64,000 nucleotides of DNA from Aulosira sp. ZfuVER01 (GTDB lineage Bacteria; Cyanobacteriota; Cyanobacteriia; Cyanobacteriales; Nostocaceae). This document shows positions 51,612 to 61,112 of the stretch, in pieces; the first letter of the stretch is position 1, and each line of letters begins with the position of its first letter. The translations under genes were made by a program, and so were the position numbers. The stretch spans positions 1 through 64,000 of the forward strand of contig JAVRCV020000073.1 in NCBI GenBank assembly GCA_034530615.2, written 5' to 3'. The notes beneath the pieces were generated by a model. It saw nothing but the letters and a program-made list of their open reading frames with translations. It was not told the origin of the DNA and ran no database searches.

Positions 51612-51676
51612 GGGGTTTCCCCCGCCCCTACAGATGCATTCTATTTTAAAATTTGTATACGAATATGGACATGATA

Positions 51677-52276
51677 TTAAACGCGACAAATAGCGAAATT
51701 TCTGCCATTAACTGCGCCTTTCATGCCCAAGACAACAGCTTTTACTCGTTGGTCTGGAGTTCCGTGATGGTGTTTGCTGCCCCAGTCATAATCGCCGATG
51801 TGATAGGCTAGGCTAGCAATTTCTAAAGTGTCGCGCTCATCTAAACTGATATTAGGAATTAACCCTAGATAAACTCCTGCTAAACAATCTGCTTGTAGTT
51901 CTGATATTGGTGTGATTCGTGGTTGAAATCCATAAGCAGTTTGCATAGCATGAGCATATTCATGGGCAACTATATAAGCTAAAGCTGCATCTCCAAATTG
52001 ATATGCCATTTGGATATCTTGCCTAGTGATATATACAGTGTGGTTTAGTTTGCAATAGAGACTACCATAAACACGCCCACAAGGACTACGAAAGCCTCTA
52101 GCAATATTCCAAATTAATTGTGGTGTTGCTTTATAACCATGAATATGTTGAATGCCTGCATATACTCCATCTACAACAGCTTGAGGTGCCCATTCTGCTT
52201 TAACTGGGATATTTGCTAGTACAGATGTCATGCTAATTAGGGCTGTAGTCAATGCTTTGAGTGCTTTCATTCTCAC
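51677..52276 (-). CDS. Secreted neutral zinc metallopeptidase (YpfJ-like)
   Basis: Signal peptide, YIVAHEYAHAMQ, ELQADCLAG, HGTPDQR. Confidence 0.9.
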   Translation of the reverse strand: MRMKALKALTTALISMTSVLANIPVKAEWAPQAVVDGVYAGIQHIHGYKATPQLIWNIARGFRSPCGRVYGSLYCKLNHTVYITRQDIQMAYQFGDAALAYIVAHEYAHAMQTAYGFQPRITPISELQADCLAGVYLGLIPNISLDERDTLEIASLAYHIGDYDWGSKHHHGTPDQRVKAVVLGMKGAVNGRNFAICRV

Positions 52277-52521
52277 CTGGTAATGTTTGCTTCGATTTGA
52301 TGTTATTGGCGCATGAATTTAGGGTGAAATCCCTCAAAGTTTAATGACGAGTTTTCAGGAAAAAAGTGCTTAATCCCAATTTGTAATTCTTAACTAACAA
52401 ATTAGGGTGAGCAATGCCCACCAAAACAGGATAGGTTGGCATAGCACAGCATAGGTATATTTAAGGATTTCAAAATAGCTGTGTTTATAAAGTTTTAAAT
52501 TTTGAGTTTATCGGCAACTAA

Positions 52522-53355
52522 TTAATTATTTAATCGATAGCAGATAGCTTTATCAAACTGAACGCGCTTGAATGCTGTATCTAAGTGGATAGTGGTTTCA
52601 GCATTACCGAGAAATAAGTAGCCATCTGGACTTAGCTGTTGCTTGATTTTTTTTAGTAATGCTTTTTTGGTTGAGATATCAAAGTAAATTAAAACATTGC
52701 GTAAAAATATCACATCACTTTTGGGAAGGGATGACCAAGATTGCACGAGATTAATCTGGCGAAATTCTACCATCTGAAGAATTTCGTCGTGAATTTGCCA
52801 GTCGCGATCTAGCTTGTAAAAATAGCGATCGCATAAATTTTTCGGGAGTCCACGCTGTATTTCTAGCTGGTTGTAGCGTCCCTGTCTGGCTCTGGCTAAG
52901 ACTTTGCTCGAAAAATCGCTGGCAATTAACTTTACAGACCAACTAGCCAGCATGGGAAAATGTTCTCTAATCAGCATGGCGATGCTGTAAGGTTCCTGTC
53001 CATTAGAGCAGGCTGCACACCAAATATTCAGCGATCGCTCAATGGTTCTTTTATTAATCAACTCTGGAAGCACAAAATTTTTCAGTGCTTCAAAGGGATG
53101 GCGATCGCGAAAGAAGAATGTTTCGTTGGTAACTAAAGACTCAATTACCTGACTGTGAAGAGTGCTAAAAGCTTGATTCCGCAAGTAATTGACCAAATCG
53201 GCTATGGAAGCGAATCCTGCTGATTCGGCAATTGGCTGTAAATATAGCTCTGCTAGATAAGTTTTATCAGCGTGTAGTACAACTGCTGAATGATTGTAAA
53301 CTAATTCACGAAGAAATTGAAAATCACTGGTGTTTACACCCATAGTCTGTTTCAT
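52522..53355 (-). CDS. cheR: Chemoreceptor methyltransferase CheR
   Basis: TNETFFFRD, IWCAACSNGQEPYSIAM, IFLRNVLIYFD, GYLFLG; start overlaps the cheB stop (TAATG). Confidence 0.96.
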   Translation of the reverse strand: MKQTMGVNTSDFQFLRELVYNHSAVVLHADKTYLAELYLQPIAESAGFASIADLVNYLRNQAFSTLHSQVIESLVTNETFFFRDRHPFEALKNFVLPELINKRTIERSLNIWCAACSNGQEPYSIAMLIREHFPMLASWSVKLIASDFSSKVLARARQGRYNQLEIQRGLPKNLCDRYFYKLDRDWQIHDEILQMVEFRQINLVQSWSSLPKSDVIFLRNVLIYFDISTKKALLKKIKQQLSPDGYLFLGNAETTIHLDTAFKRVQFDKAICYRLNN

Positions 53356-54428
53356 TACAGACCTGATATAGGAATTTGATTGTAACGAACTCGGCGCATA
53401 ATTGCACCTGCCATTTGGTCAAGGGGAACAATCTCATCAGCTAGTCCGGCATTGACAACAAAACTAGGCATACCCCAAACTACACTACTAGCTTTATCTT
53501 GTGCTAGCACTTGTCCGCCTGCTTCCCGGATGCATTTACAGCCATGTAATCCATCTTGCCCCATGCCCGTAAGTATAACTGCGATCGCTCTGTCACCAAA
53601 TACCTTTGCTACCGAACGTAATAGTACATCTACAGAAGGGCGGCAGGAATTTTCTGGTGGTGCTTGATGGGTAACAAGTCGCACGACATCTCCTTGACGT
53701 TGTACAACCAGATGGAAATTTCCAGGTGCAATCCAAGCTTGCCCAGGCTCTAGTTTGGCTCCGGATACTGCTTCATCTACACGGATTTGACATTTAGAAG
53801 CTAATCTTTCTGCTAATAATTTTGTAAACATCGCTGGCATATGTTGCACAATCAAGATGGGAACTCCTATATCGGCGGGTAGCGCCGGAAGTAGTTTCGC
53901 TAGGGCATTGGGTCCTCCTGTAGAAACCCCAATTGCCACAACATCTACCTGTTCAATGCGTCTGTCAACGGCAGGAACAACTGATTCAGTAATTGTAGTT
54001 GGCGGGGAAACTAAAGTATTTCCGGCACCAAATAATTTAATTTTGGGGATTAATTCCTCACGAATATGTTGGTTGCTTGCCTCCACATTCCCTAAATTAC
54101 TAGGTTTTGTTGCATAATCTGAAGCACCCAAAGACAGAGCTTCCAGTGTTGCCGTTGCTCCAGTGTGCGTAGAGGTGCTAAACATAATAACTGGCAAGTG
54201 TGGATAAATTTTTCTGATTGCCGTTAAGGTTTCTAAACCGTTCATATCCGGCATTTCCACATCCAAGATTATGACATCAGGATTAACATGAGGAATCTTT
54301 GCTAGCGCAATGCGGCCATTAGCCGCGACTCCCACCACCTCTAGCTCTGCATCGCTGGACAAAATCTTACTAACTCGACTGCGAACTACTACTGCGTCAT
54401 CAACAACTAGCACCCGGATTTTGGGCAT
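53355..54428 (-). CDS. cheB: Chemotaxis response regulator methylesterase CheB
   Basis: Receiver (VLVVDD, ILDVEMP), GVSTGGP, QHMP, RPSVDVL, LTGMGQDG; true start MPKIRV at 54428. Confidence 0.96.
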   Translation of the reverse strand: MPKIRVLVVDDAVVVRSRVSKILSSDAELEVVGVAANGRIALAKIPHVNPDVIILDVEMPDMNGLETLTAIRKIYPHLPVIMFSTSTHTGATATLEALSLGASDYATKPSNLGNVEASNQHIREELIPKIKLFGAGNTLVSPPTTITESVVPAVDRRIEQVDVVAIGVSTGGPNALAKLLPALPADIGVPILIVQHMPAMFTKLLAERLASKCQIRVDEAVSGAKLEPGQAWIAPGNFHLVVQRQGDVVRLVTHQAPPENSCRPSVDVLLRSVAKVFGDRAIAVILTGMGQDGLHGCKCIREAGGQVLAQDKASSVVWGMPSFVVNAGLADEIVPLDQMAGAIMRRVRYNQIPISGL

Positions 54429-54465
54429 ATTTTTTGGGAAGGGATGAGGAGACAAGGGGACAAGG

Positions 54466-54590
54466 GAGTGTGGGGAGGGTGGGGAGTGTGGGGAGTGTGG
54501 GGAGGGTGAGGAGTGTGGGGAGTGTGGGGAGTTTTCTTCCCCCTCTCCATCATCTCTTCTCCTTGCCCAATGCCCAATGCCCAATGCCCA
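54466..54590. repeat. STRR-type tandem repeats (GGGGAGTGT-like 9-mers, TGCCCAA 7-mers)
   Basis: Directly visible; similar tracts at about 8202, 11830, 30632, 35270, 35620, 37833 and 51350. Confidence 0.9.
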
Positions 54591-54595
54591 AACCA

Positions 54596-55903
54596 TTAAT
54601 ATTTAAACTGAGTAACAACTTTCTGCATATCTACGGCCATGCGGGCGAGTTCAGTAGCTGACTGGGATGTATTACTGGCACCAATTGTTGTGGTTTGAGC
54701 ATTGAGTGCGACAATGCCGATATTTTTAGCTATATCTGAGGTTCCTTGAGCTGCTTCGGCTATATTTCTAGCGATTTCATTGGTGGTGACAGTTTGCTCT
54801 TCAACGGCACTGGCGATGGTGCTTTGCAGGTCGTTTATTTGGTTGATGATGTCGGTAATTTGGGTGATAGCACTAACTGCACTTTTGGTATCAGACTGAA
54901 TTGCTTCTATTCGCTGGCTAATATCTTCGGTGGCATTTGCTGTTTGTTTGGCGAGTTCTTTCACCTCATTGGCTACGACTGCAAATCCTCTACCAGCATC
55001 CCCGGCTCTAGCTGCCTCAATCGTAGCATTTAGTGCCAGCAAGTTTGTTTGTTGCGCGATCGCAGTAATGACTTTGATGACTTTGCCAATTTCCATGCTA
55101 CTTTGACCGAGTTTACCAATTGTCTCGTTTGTGCGATCGGCTGTTTTTACCGCTTCAGCTGCCACTGTTGCACCATTAGCAACGGTCTTAGCAATTTCTC
55201 GAATGCTAGCATTCATTTCTTCTACCGCCGTGACTACTGTACTGGTGTTTTGATTCACCTGTTCTGCTGAGGCGGATGCAGAAGTTGCTTGTTCTGCTGT
55301 TTGTTCGGCATTGGTGGTCATTTCTTTACTAACGGCGGTTAGTTCTTCGGAAGAAGATGCAACAGCTGTAGCAACTTCTGCCATCTGTCTAATGGAAGAT
55401 TTAAGGCTGCTAATCATCTGATTGGCATTATCACTGAGTTGCTTAAATTCTCCAGCATTGCGGGCTTTGATTTGTTTGGCTAAATTGCCTTGGGCAACAG
55501 CTAGGGTAACTTCATTAATAGTTTTGATCTGCTGTGCCAGGTTAGCAGACATTTGGTTTAAATTAGCCAGCAATTCTTGCCAAGAACCTTCTGCTGTTTT
55601 GAGTGTAACTTGAGAACCGAGTTTTCCTTCTTTGCCGATTTCGGTTGCTAGGCGAGTTACTTCGGTGGCAAAGTTTTGCTGGAAACTCACCAATTCATTA
55701 AAAACTGTAGCAATTTCACCCAAGCCATTGTTTTCTACTGGGAGACGGACGCTAAAATCACCGTTTTTTGCGGCTTGCAGTGCTGCTAGTAATGGTTGCA
55801 GTTGCGGTTCTGTTGTGCCGTAATTAATATCTGTGGTTTCTGTATTATTATCTGCGGGGGATTTGGAGTTGTTTGTTGTTTTCCTAGTCCGATTTGTAGC
55901 CAT
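54596..55903 (-). CDS. Cytoplasmic methyl-accepting chemotaxis protein (HAMP repeats plus signalling domain, no TM)
   Basis: [37 protein letters not shown] hairpin tip; HAMP-like GDFSVRLP and GNLAKQI; no hydrophobic segment. Confidence 0.95.
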   Translation of the reverse strand: MATNRTRKTTNNSKSPADNNTETTDINYGTTEPQLQPLLAALQAAKNGDFSVRLPVENNGLGEIATVFNELVSFQQNFATEVTRLATEIGKEGKLGSQVTLKTAEGSWQELLANLNQMSANLAQQIKTINEVTLAVAQGNLAKQIKARNAGEFKQLSDNANQMISSLKSSIRQMAEVATAVASSSEELTAVSKEMTTNAEQTAEQATSASASAEQVNQNTSTVVTAVEEMNASIREIAKTVANGATVAAEAVKTADRTNETIGKLGQSSMEIGKVIKVITAIAQQTNLLALNATIEAARAGDAGRGFAVVANEVKELAKQTANATEDISQRIEAIQSDTKSAVSAITQITDIINQINDLQSTIASAVEEQTVTTNEIARNIAEAAQGTSDIAKNIGIVALNAQTTTIGASNTSQSATELARMAVDMQKVVTQFKY

Positions 55904-56009
55904 TGCCTAACACTCCTAAATTTTTAAATATAATGAATGCTTCACGCATAGACACGGAGTGGCTTCCCGTAGGTAGGCGCAAAGGAAAATTCATAAAGTT
56001 ATTTTGCTT

Positions 56010-56435
56010 TTATGCAAGGCTGAGGATTTTTTCAGTGTCTAAGACTAGCAGAAATCCTTCTGGTAGTGGGTAGGCTCCGGCTAGCATTTGACGTATTTTA
56101 CCTTTGAGGGTTGCGGGTGGGGGTTGAAGCTCGTTATATGTGAACTCCAAGACATCTCCAACATCATCAACAAGCAAGCTTACTATTTCATCGTCAGCAC
56201 ATACAACAATATTAAATCCCTGCGATCGCATTGCCGACTCTCCCATCTCTAAGCGCTGTTGCAAATCAACTACAGTCAGAATTTGTCCTCTGAGGTTAAT
56301 TAATCCACAAATATCTGGTGGAGCCAAGGGTACACGAGTCACGGCTTGAGGGCGAATCACTTCTTGCACGTGCTGCACATCAATGCCAAAGAACATTTTA
56401 TTGAGGAAAAAGGTGCAAAGTTGTTGTTCAGCCAT
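56010..56435 (-). CDS. cheW: Chemotaxis coupling protein CheW
   Basis: FGIDVQHVQEVI, TRVPLAP..ICGLINLRGQILTVVDL, LLVDDVGDV; GGTGAGAG upstream. Confidence 0.96.
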   Translation of the reverse strand: MAEQQLCTFFLNKMFFGIDVQHVQEVIRPQAVTRVPLAPPDICGLINLRGQILTVVDLQQRLEMGESAMRSQGFNIVVCADDEIVSLLVDDVGDVLEFTYNELQPPPATLKGKIRQMLAGAYPLPEGFLLVLDTEKILSLA

Positions 56436-56556
56436 GAACTCTCACCATAAGTACTCAAACAGAATTCATTACACAAATCAATTCTGCACCAGTTTGAGCA
56501 ATTAGCAGTTTTTATGATCATTGGCAAATGCGATCGCATCGCCAAGTACTCTCAAC

Positions 56557-58055
56557 TTTTATATCCCCGTGAGGGGTAATGATTTGAAAACCTCAAAGAA
56601 GCATCGCTAATGACAATGTTTTATGTGTTTCCATCCCCGTGAGGGGTAATGATTTGAAAACTGGCTTACTCAACTGGTCGTTCATGGCCACTATACCTTG
56701 GTTTTCATCCCCGTGAGGGGTAATGATTTGAAAACTGCTAGGCAGAATGGAATTTATCTTGTTGATAGAAAAGGTTTCCATCCCCGTGAGGGGTAATGAT
56801 TTGAAAACGTTTATCACTTCAAGAAAAAGGAGACTGGTTATTGGTTTCCATCCCCGTGAGGAGTAATGATTTGAAAACTTTCCATCGATACGCAAGATTA
56901 CCAAGCGTATACACAGTTTCCATCCCCGTGAGGGGTAATGATTTGAAAACTTAGCTAATGGTGACTTAGAAACAATTCAAAGACAAAGGTTTCCATCCCC
57001 GTGAGGGGTAATGATTTGAAAACAATGTTGGAAGCGGCGCACTTTCACCCACCGCAAACTCTAGTTTCCATCCCCGTGAGGGGTAATGATTTGAAAACGC
57101 TTTTCCTGACTTCCACACGATTGGTGCCGTACCAGTTTCCATCCCCGTGAGGGGTAATGATTTGAAAACAAAGTTAGTTCCTCAATTTATCAAGAGGATG
57201 TTGTTAAAAGTTTCCATCCCCGTGAGGGGTAATGATTTGAAAACGAGGATGGGGATTTATACTCGTAACCCCACAAGGAACAGTTTCCATCCCCGTGAGG
57301 GGTAATGATTTGAAAACCCGTTAAAGCTGGTGAAGATCCATGTCCACCTCAGTGTTTCCATCCCCTTGAGGGGTAATGATTTGAAAACAAGCAGGAAGAG
57401 ACGATCAAAACGGAGGTTCAGAGAGAGTTTCCATCCCCGTGAGGGGTAATGATTTGAAAACACTTAAAAAGATAAGACTGCACAGCTCATACTCTCTGTT
57501 TCCATCCCCGTGAGGGGTAATGATTTGAAAACCCTTAAGTTAGGGACACGGGATATAGATATTTCTGTGGAAATGTTTCCATCCCCGTGAGGGGTAATGA
57601 TTTGAAAACATCGCAACAGCCGCGCGGAAAACAACCAACGACAGGGTTTCCATCCCCGTGAGGGGTAATGATTTGAAAACACCAGCTCAAACGAACAACA
57701 ACAATTCGTTAGCCGCAGTTTCCATCCCCGTGAGGGGTAATGATTTGAAAACATCAGGATTTACCTGCATGGGCAACACTGGTCCCAGAAGTTTCCATCC
57801 CCGTGAGGGGTAATGATTTGAAAACATCATTACTGCTTTAACTCTACTGAAGTTCACTTAATTACAGTTTCCATCCCCGTGAGGGGTAATGATTTGAAAA
57901 CTGCTAAAAAAAGGCCAGCTCCGAATAATGCTTTATGTGTTAAAGTTTCCATCCCCGTGAGGGGTAATGATTTGAAAACCACAACCTGGAGTAACCCAGC
58001 CGCCTGAAGTTAATCCACAAGTTTCCATCCCCGTGAGGGGTAATGATTTGAAAAC
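56557..58055 (-). CRISPR. CRISPR array: 21 repeats of 35 bp (GTTTTCAAATCATTACCCCTCACGGGGATGGAAAC on the minus strand) and 20 spacers of 35-43 bp; no cas genes in window
   Basis: Repeat starts on + at 56557 (degenerate), 56627, 56701, 56774, 56844, 56916, 56989, 57064, 57135, 57210, 57283, 57354, 57427, 57498, 57575, 57646, 57718, 57791, 57867, 57945 and 58021. CCCC-TCAC-GGGG hairpin followed by 8-nt ATGGAAAC. Degenerate repeat at the low end and leader at the high end give the orientation. Confidence 0.99.
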
Positions 58056-58335
58056 CCTACCCTTTTAGAAGCTTTATCCAGAAAGGGTTACAGATACCCA
58101 TTTTAGCGGGGGGTGTAATTCACCTGTCAATAAGCTCAAATTATTGATAATTGAAGGTGGGTAGACCATGCTCAAAAGCTTACTGGGTAGGCTTTTCGCG
58201 GGGGTCAACGAAAGAATCAGGGTTTTGGCGATCGCTCTACCCTCGCGAAAAATTTGCGTGTCTTAGGTCAAAACGAATACTTTGACTTTCACTCGGAAAC
58301 GTAATATTTAGCTTTCAAGGTTCTGTTGCTTTGTT
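58056..58335 (-). promoter_or_regulatory. CRISPR leader
   Basis: Non-coding, adjacent to the intact terminal repeat; repeated CCCCCGC.AAAA motifs at 58101-58115 and 58193-58206; boxA-like GAACCTTGAAAGCTAAATA at 58305-58323. Confidence 0.8.
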
Positions 58336-58339
58336 GAAG

Positions 58340-58348
58340 AGTATAACA
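58340..58348 (-). promoter_or_regulatory. Candidate extended -10 promoter (TGtTATACT) for the CRISPR array
   Basis: Minus strand reads TTTGTTATACT about 17 nt upstream of the boxA-like motif. Confidence 0.55.
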
Positions 58349-58448
58349 AACTACTCTAAATTTTTCACGGTGAAAACCGCAAACTTAACAATTACTCCCC
58401 CAGATCCCCCAGCTTACCCATACATATCAACCTTAAAATCAAACAATA

Positions 58449-60578
58449 TTAGGATCGGGATGACTTCACTTCTAACAAATAGGGATTCGCTATCCGAATC
58501 ACAGCTTCAACATCGAGAATTTCTATGATTTGTCCTTGAATGACTGCACAGAAAAGCACGCCTGCTCTGCTAGGGATACCTTTAATTGTTAGTGGTTCGT
58601 CTACAATGTCAAGAATACGCTCGACTACTAACCCCACACTAAGTTCAGAGTCGGGAGAAACGATCGCAATCTCTAATGTCTCGCTTAGATTATCAAGTTC
58701 TCTGCGATCGCCAAATATGGTGTGGAGATCTATCAAAGGTAAAATCTTACTATTAAACCGGGCAACATACTGGTTAGCTACTTTTTCCACCGCAGCCGCA
58801 GGAATTTTTTCTAGTCGAAATGCTTTGGTTAGCGGCACACCCATCGGCGCGTTTTGGGGGCCTGTAAATAGTAAAATCATTTGGCGATCGCTTTCTGGCT
58901 CTGGGATATCTGCGGTTATTACACTCGCTAATTGCTTGTGTTTCTCACTCACACCAGCTTGCTTTGCCAAACCTGCAACATCAATAATTAATGCAACTTT
59001 GCCATCTCCCAGAATCGTTGCTCCGGCAAATATGGATACAGTTTTTAACTGCTTTCCTAAAGGTTTCACAACGATGTCTAAAATATCTTCTATATTGTCC
59101 ACAACCAGCCCAAATCGATAGTTTTCAGCTTGGACAATTACTAGACTTAGAGTTTCTTCGGCTTCCTGCCTTCTGCCTTCTAAAGCTTCATTAAGGTAAA
59201 TCAAAGGCACAAGTTCCCCCCGCAAGCGATACACAGGTACGTCGTAAAGCATCTCAATACTATTGATTGCCTGTGCATCTAAACGAACTAGTTCTTGTAA
59301 ACTCGTTTGGGGAATGGCATAGCGATCGCCGCCACTAGTAACGAATAATGCTGGGATAATTGTTAATGTCAGCGGCATCTTTATTTTAAATGTCGTGCCT
59401 TGTCCCTGCTGACTGTAAATTTCAATGCTACCGTTAATTTTTTCAATATTGTTCTTGACAATATCCATACCTACCCCACGCCCGGAAAGACTAGTGACTT
59501 GTTCACTGGTGGAGAAGCCAGGTAAAAAAATTAAGTTGATTGCTTCCACATCACTCATAGTTGCAGCTTGAGTAGCGCTGACTAAACCAAGTTGCTGCGC
59601 GCGCTGTTTGAGTTGTTTGGGATTGATTCCGCGTCCATCATCGCCAATTTCAATATTAACTTTGCCGCTTTCATGAAAGGCGCGCAAAAAGATCCGTCCT
59701 TGGGGTGATTTACTCTTAGCACTACGTTCTGCGGGAAATTCAATGCCATGATCGATACAGTTGCGTACTAAATGAGTTAAAGGGTCTTTAATGGCTTCAA
59801 TAATACTTTTGTCGATTTCCGTATCTACCCCTTCCATTTCTACTTGAACTTGTTTACCAGAGGCGATCGCTAAATCACGAATTACACGGGGGAACTTTTG
59901 CCAGATGCTACTAATTGGTTGTAGCCGAGTTTTCATCACTCCTGCTTGCAAATCGCCTGTAATTTGGTTCAAGCGTTGGCAGGTAGCGGCGAAAGAACTA
60001 TCCTGAAACTTAGGGGAAAAGGCGATCGCTTGGTTACGGGTTAACACCAGTTCACCTACCAAATCCATTACCCGATCTAAAAGCGCCACATTCACGCGGA
60101 TATAAGATTCTGAAGCTGTGAGGGTTGCGTCTTCTGCTTCGCTATCAAGGGATGGGACGGGTTGCTTGACAGTAGCGACTACTGGCTCAGTTTCCTGCAA
60201 TTGAGTTAAAGCCTGAATCAGTTCTGTATAATTGCGATCGCCTTCATGTCTGGTAGCCTTAATTTCCGCTAAGATTTGCCGGATCGTGTCAATGGTTTGC
60301 AGTAATGTACTAACGATACCAGGTGTGGTTGTTAATTGGCGATCGCGCAGACGTGAAAGTAAACTCTCCGCCGCATGAGCCAGTGCTTCTAACTTCGGAA
60401 AGGGTAAAAAGCCGCAGTTCCCCTTTAATGTGTGGAGTGAGCGATAAATCCTAACTAGCACTTCTCCATTGGGAGGCGCTTTTTCTAGATCGATAATGTC
60501 GCGTTCAATTTCATCTAGGTTTTCATAGCTCTCAACTAGAAATGCTTCTATATCATCGTCAATTTCTGCTAACTCCAT
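58449..60578 (-). CDS. cheA: Chemotaxis histidine kinase CheA (Hpt, dimerisation, HATPase, two CheW-like domains; no P2, no receiver)
   Basis: RSLHTLKG, IRVNVALLDRVMDLVGELV, HLVRNCIDHGIE, DDGRGI, SGRGVGMD, GATILGDG. Confidence 0.97.
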   Translation of the reverse strand: MELAEIDDDIEAFLVESYENLDEIERDIIDLEKAPPNGEVLVRIYRSLHTLKGNCGFLPFPKLEALAHAAESLLSRLRDRQLTTTPGIVSTLLQTIDTIRQILAEIKATRHEGDRNYTELIQALTQLQETEPVVATVKQPVPSLDSEAEDATLTASESYIRVNVALLDRVMDLVGELVLTRNQAIAFSPKFQDSSFAATCQRLNQITGDLQAGVMKTRLQPISSIWQKFPRVIRDLAIASGKQVQVEMEGVDTEIDKSIIEAIKDPLTHLVRNCIDHGIEFPAERSAKSKSPQGRIFLRAFHESGKVNIEIGDDGRGINPKQLKQRAQQLGLVSATQAATMSDVEAINLIFLPGFSTSEQVTSLSGRGVGMDIVKNNIEKINGSIEIYSQQGQGTTFKIKMPLTLTIIPALFVTSGGDRYAIPQTSLQELVRLDAQAINSIEMLYDVPVYRLRGELVPLIYLNEALEGRRQEAEETLSLVIVQAENYRFGLVVDNIEDILDIVVKPLGKQLKTVSIFAGATILGDGKVALIIDVAGLAKQAGVSEKHKQLASVITADIPEPESDRQMILLFTGPQNAPMGVPLTKAFRLEKIPAAAVEKVANQYVARFNSKILPLIDLHTIFGDRRELDNLSETLEIAIVSPDSELSVGLVVERILDIVDEPLTIKGIPSRAGVLFCAVIQGQIIEILDVEAVIRIANPYLLEVKSSRS

Positions 60579-60718
60579 TGCGTTGATAGATGGGAGATTT
60601 ATGGTGTTAAATATTAATCCTAATTTTACAACACTTAGATAAATCTCTCTTATGAGAGATGTTTATAGAACTTATTGGTGAAAATATAATGCTACACTAA
60701 ATAAACGAAGTGAGATAA

Positions 60719-60991
60719 ATGCAATGTCCTAGTTGCCATTCCACCCAAACTTTTAAGAACGGACGACGAAAAACCAGACAATGTTACAAGTGCAAACAAT
60801 GTGGTCGCCAGTTTCTAGAAACCTATCAACCTTGGCGCTACTCAAACGATATCAAGCAATTATGCCTCAAAATGCATCTTGATGGTATGAGTTTGCGAAA
60901 AATCGGACAAGTAACTAATATTCACCACACCACAATTTTGCATTGGTTGCGTAAAGCAAAACAGAAAATAGAAGATATTTCCAATACGTAA
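60719..60991 (+). CDS. Stand-alone IS1 InsA-like protein (C4 zinc ribbon plus HTH) without a DDE partner
   Basis: MQCPSC...KNG...YKCKQCGRQF...CLKMHLDGMSLRKIGQVTNIHHTTILHW; followed by AT-rich non-coding DNA, no InsB frame. Confidence 0.85.
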   Translation: MQCPSCHSTQTFKNGRRKTRQCYKCKQCGRQFLETYQPWRYSNDIKQLCLKMHLDGMSLRKIGQVTNIHHTTILHWLRKAKQKIEDISNT

Positions 60992-61112
60992 TCTAAAGTT
61001 TTACTAGAAATTATATATATTATTTAATTTTTATTTAAAATTATCATTAATATGCAATCTAACCAGACTAAATTCTCAATAATTGAAGTAAAAGGTCAAA
61101 AGGGTAAAGTTG

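Noticed and set aside
54429..54596. N-terminal extension of CheB in the ORF track (ALGIGHW...SPHSPH)
   Set aside because: It is translated STRR repeat DNA; the receiver domain starts at MPKIRV (54428).
56593..57754. ORFs 56593-56904, 57257-57463 and 57464-57754 on the minus strand
   Set aside because: Translations of CRISPR repeats and spacers (recurring FSNHYPSRGWK and VFKSLPLTGMET).
56592..58020. Self-targeting spacers within this window
   Set aside because: No match noticed by eye and no duplicated spacers; an exhaustive alignment was not possible.
58540..59121. 193-aa ORF antisense to cheA, and similar shadow ORFs (e.g. 10497-10988, 48542-48997, 20464-20802)
   Set aside because: Lie wholly opposite well-supported genes; explained by codon bias of the sense gene.
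60719..60991. Active IS1 element
   Set aside because: No InsB/DDE frame, no recognisable terminal inverted repeats and no target duplication.
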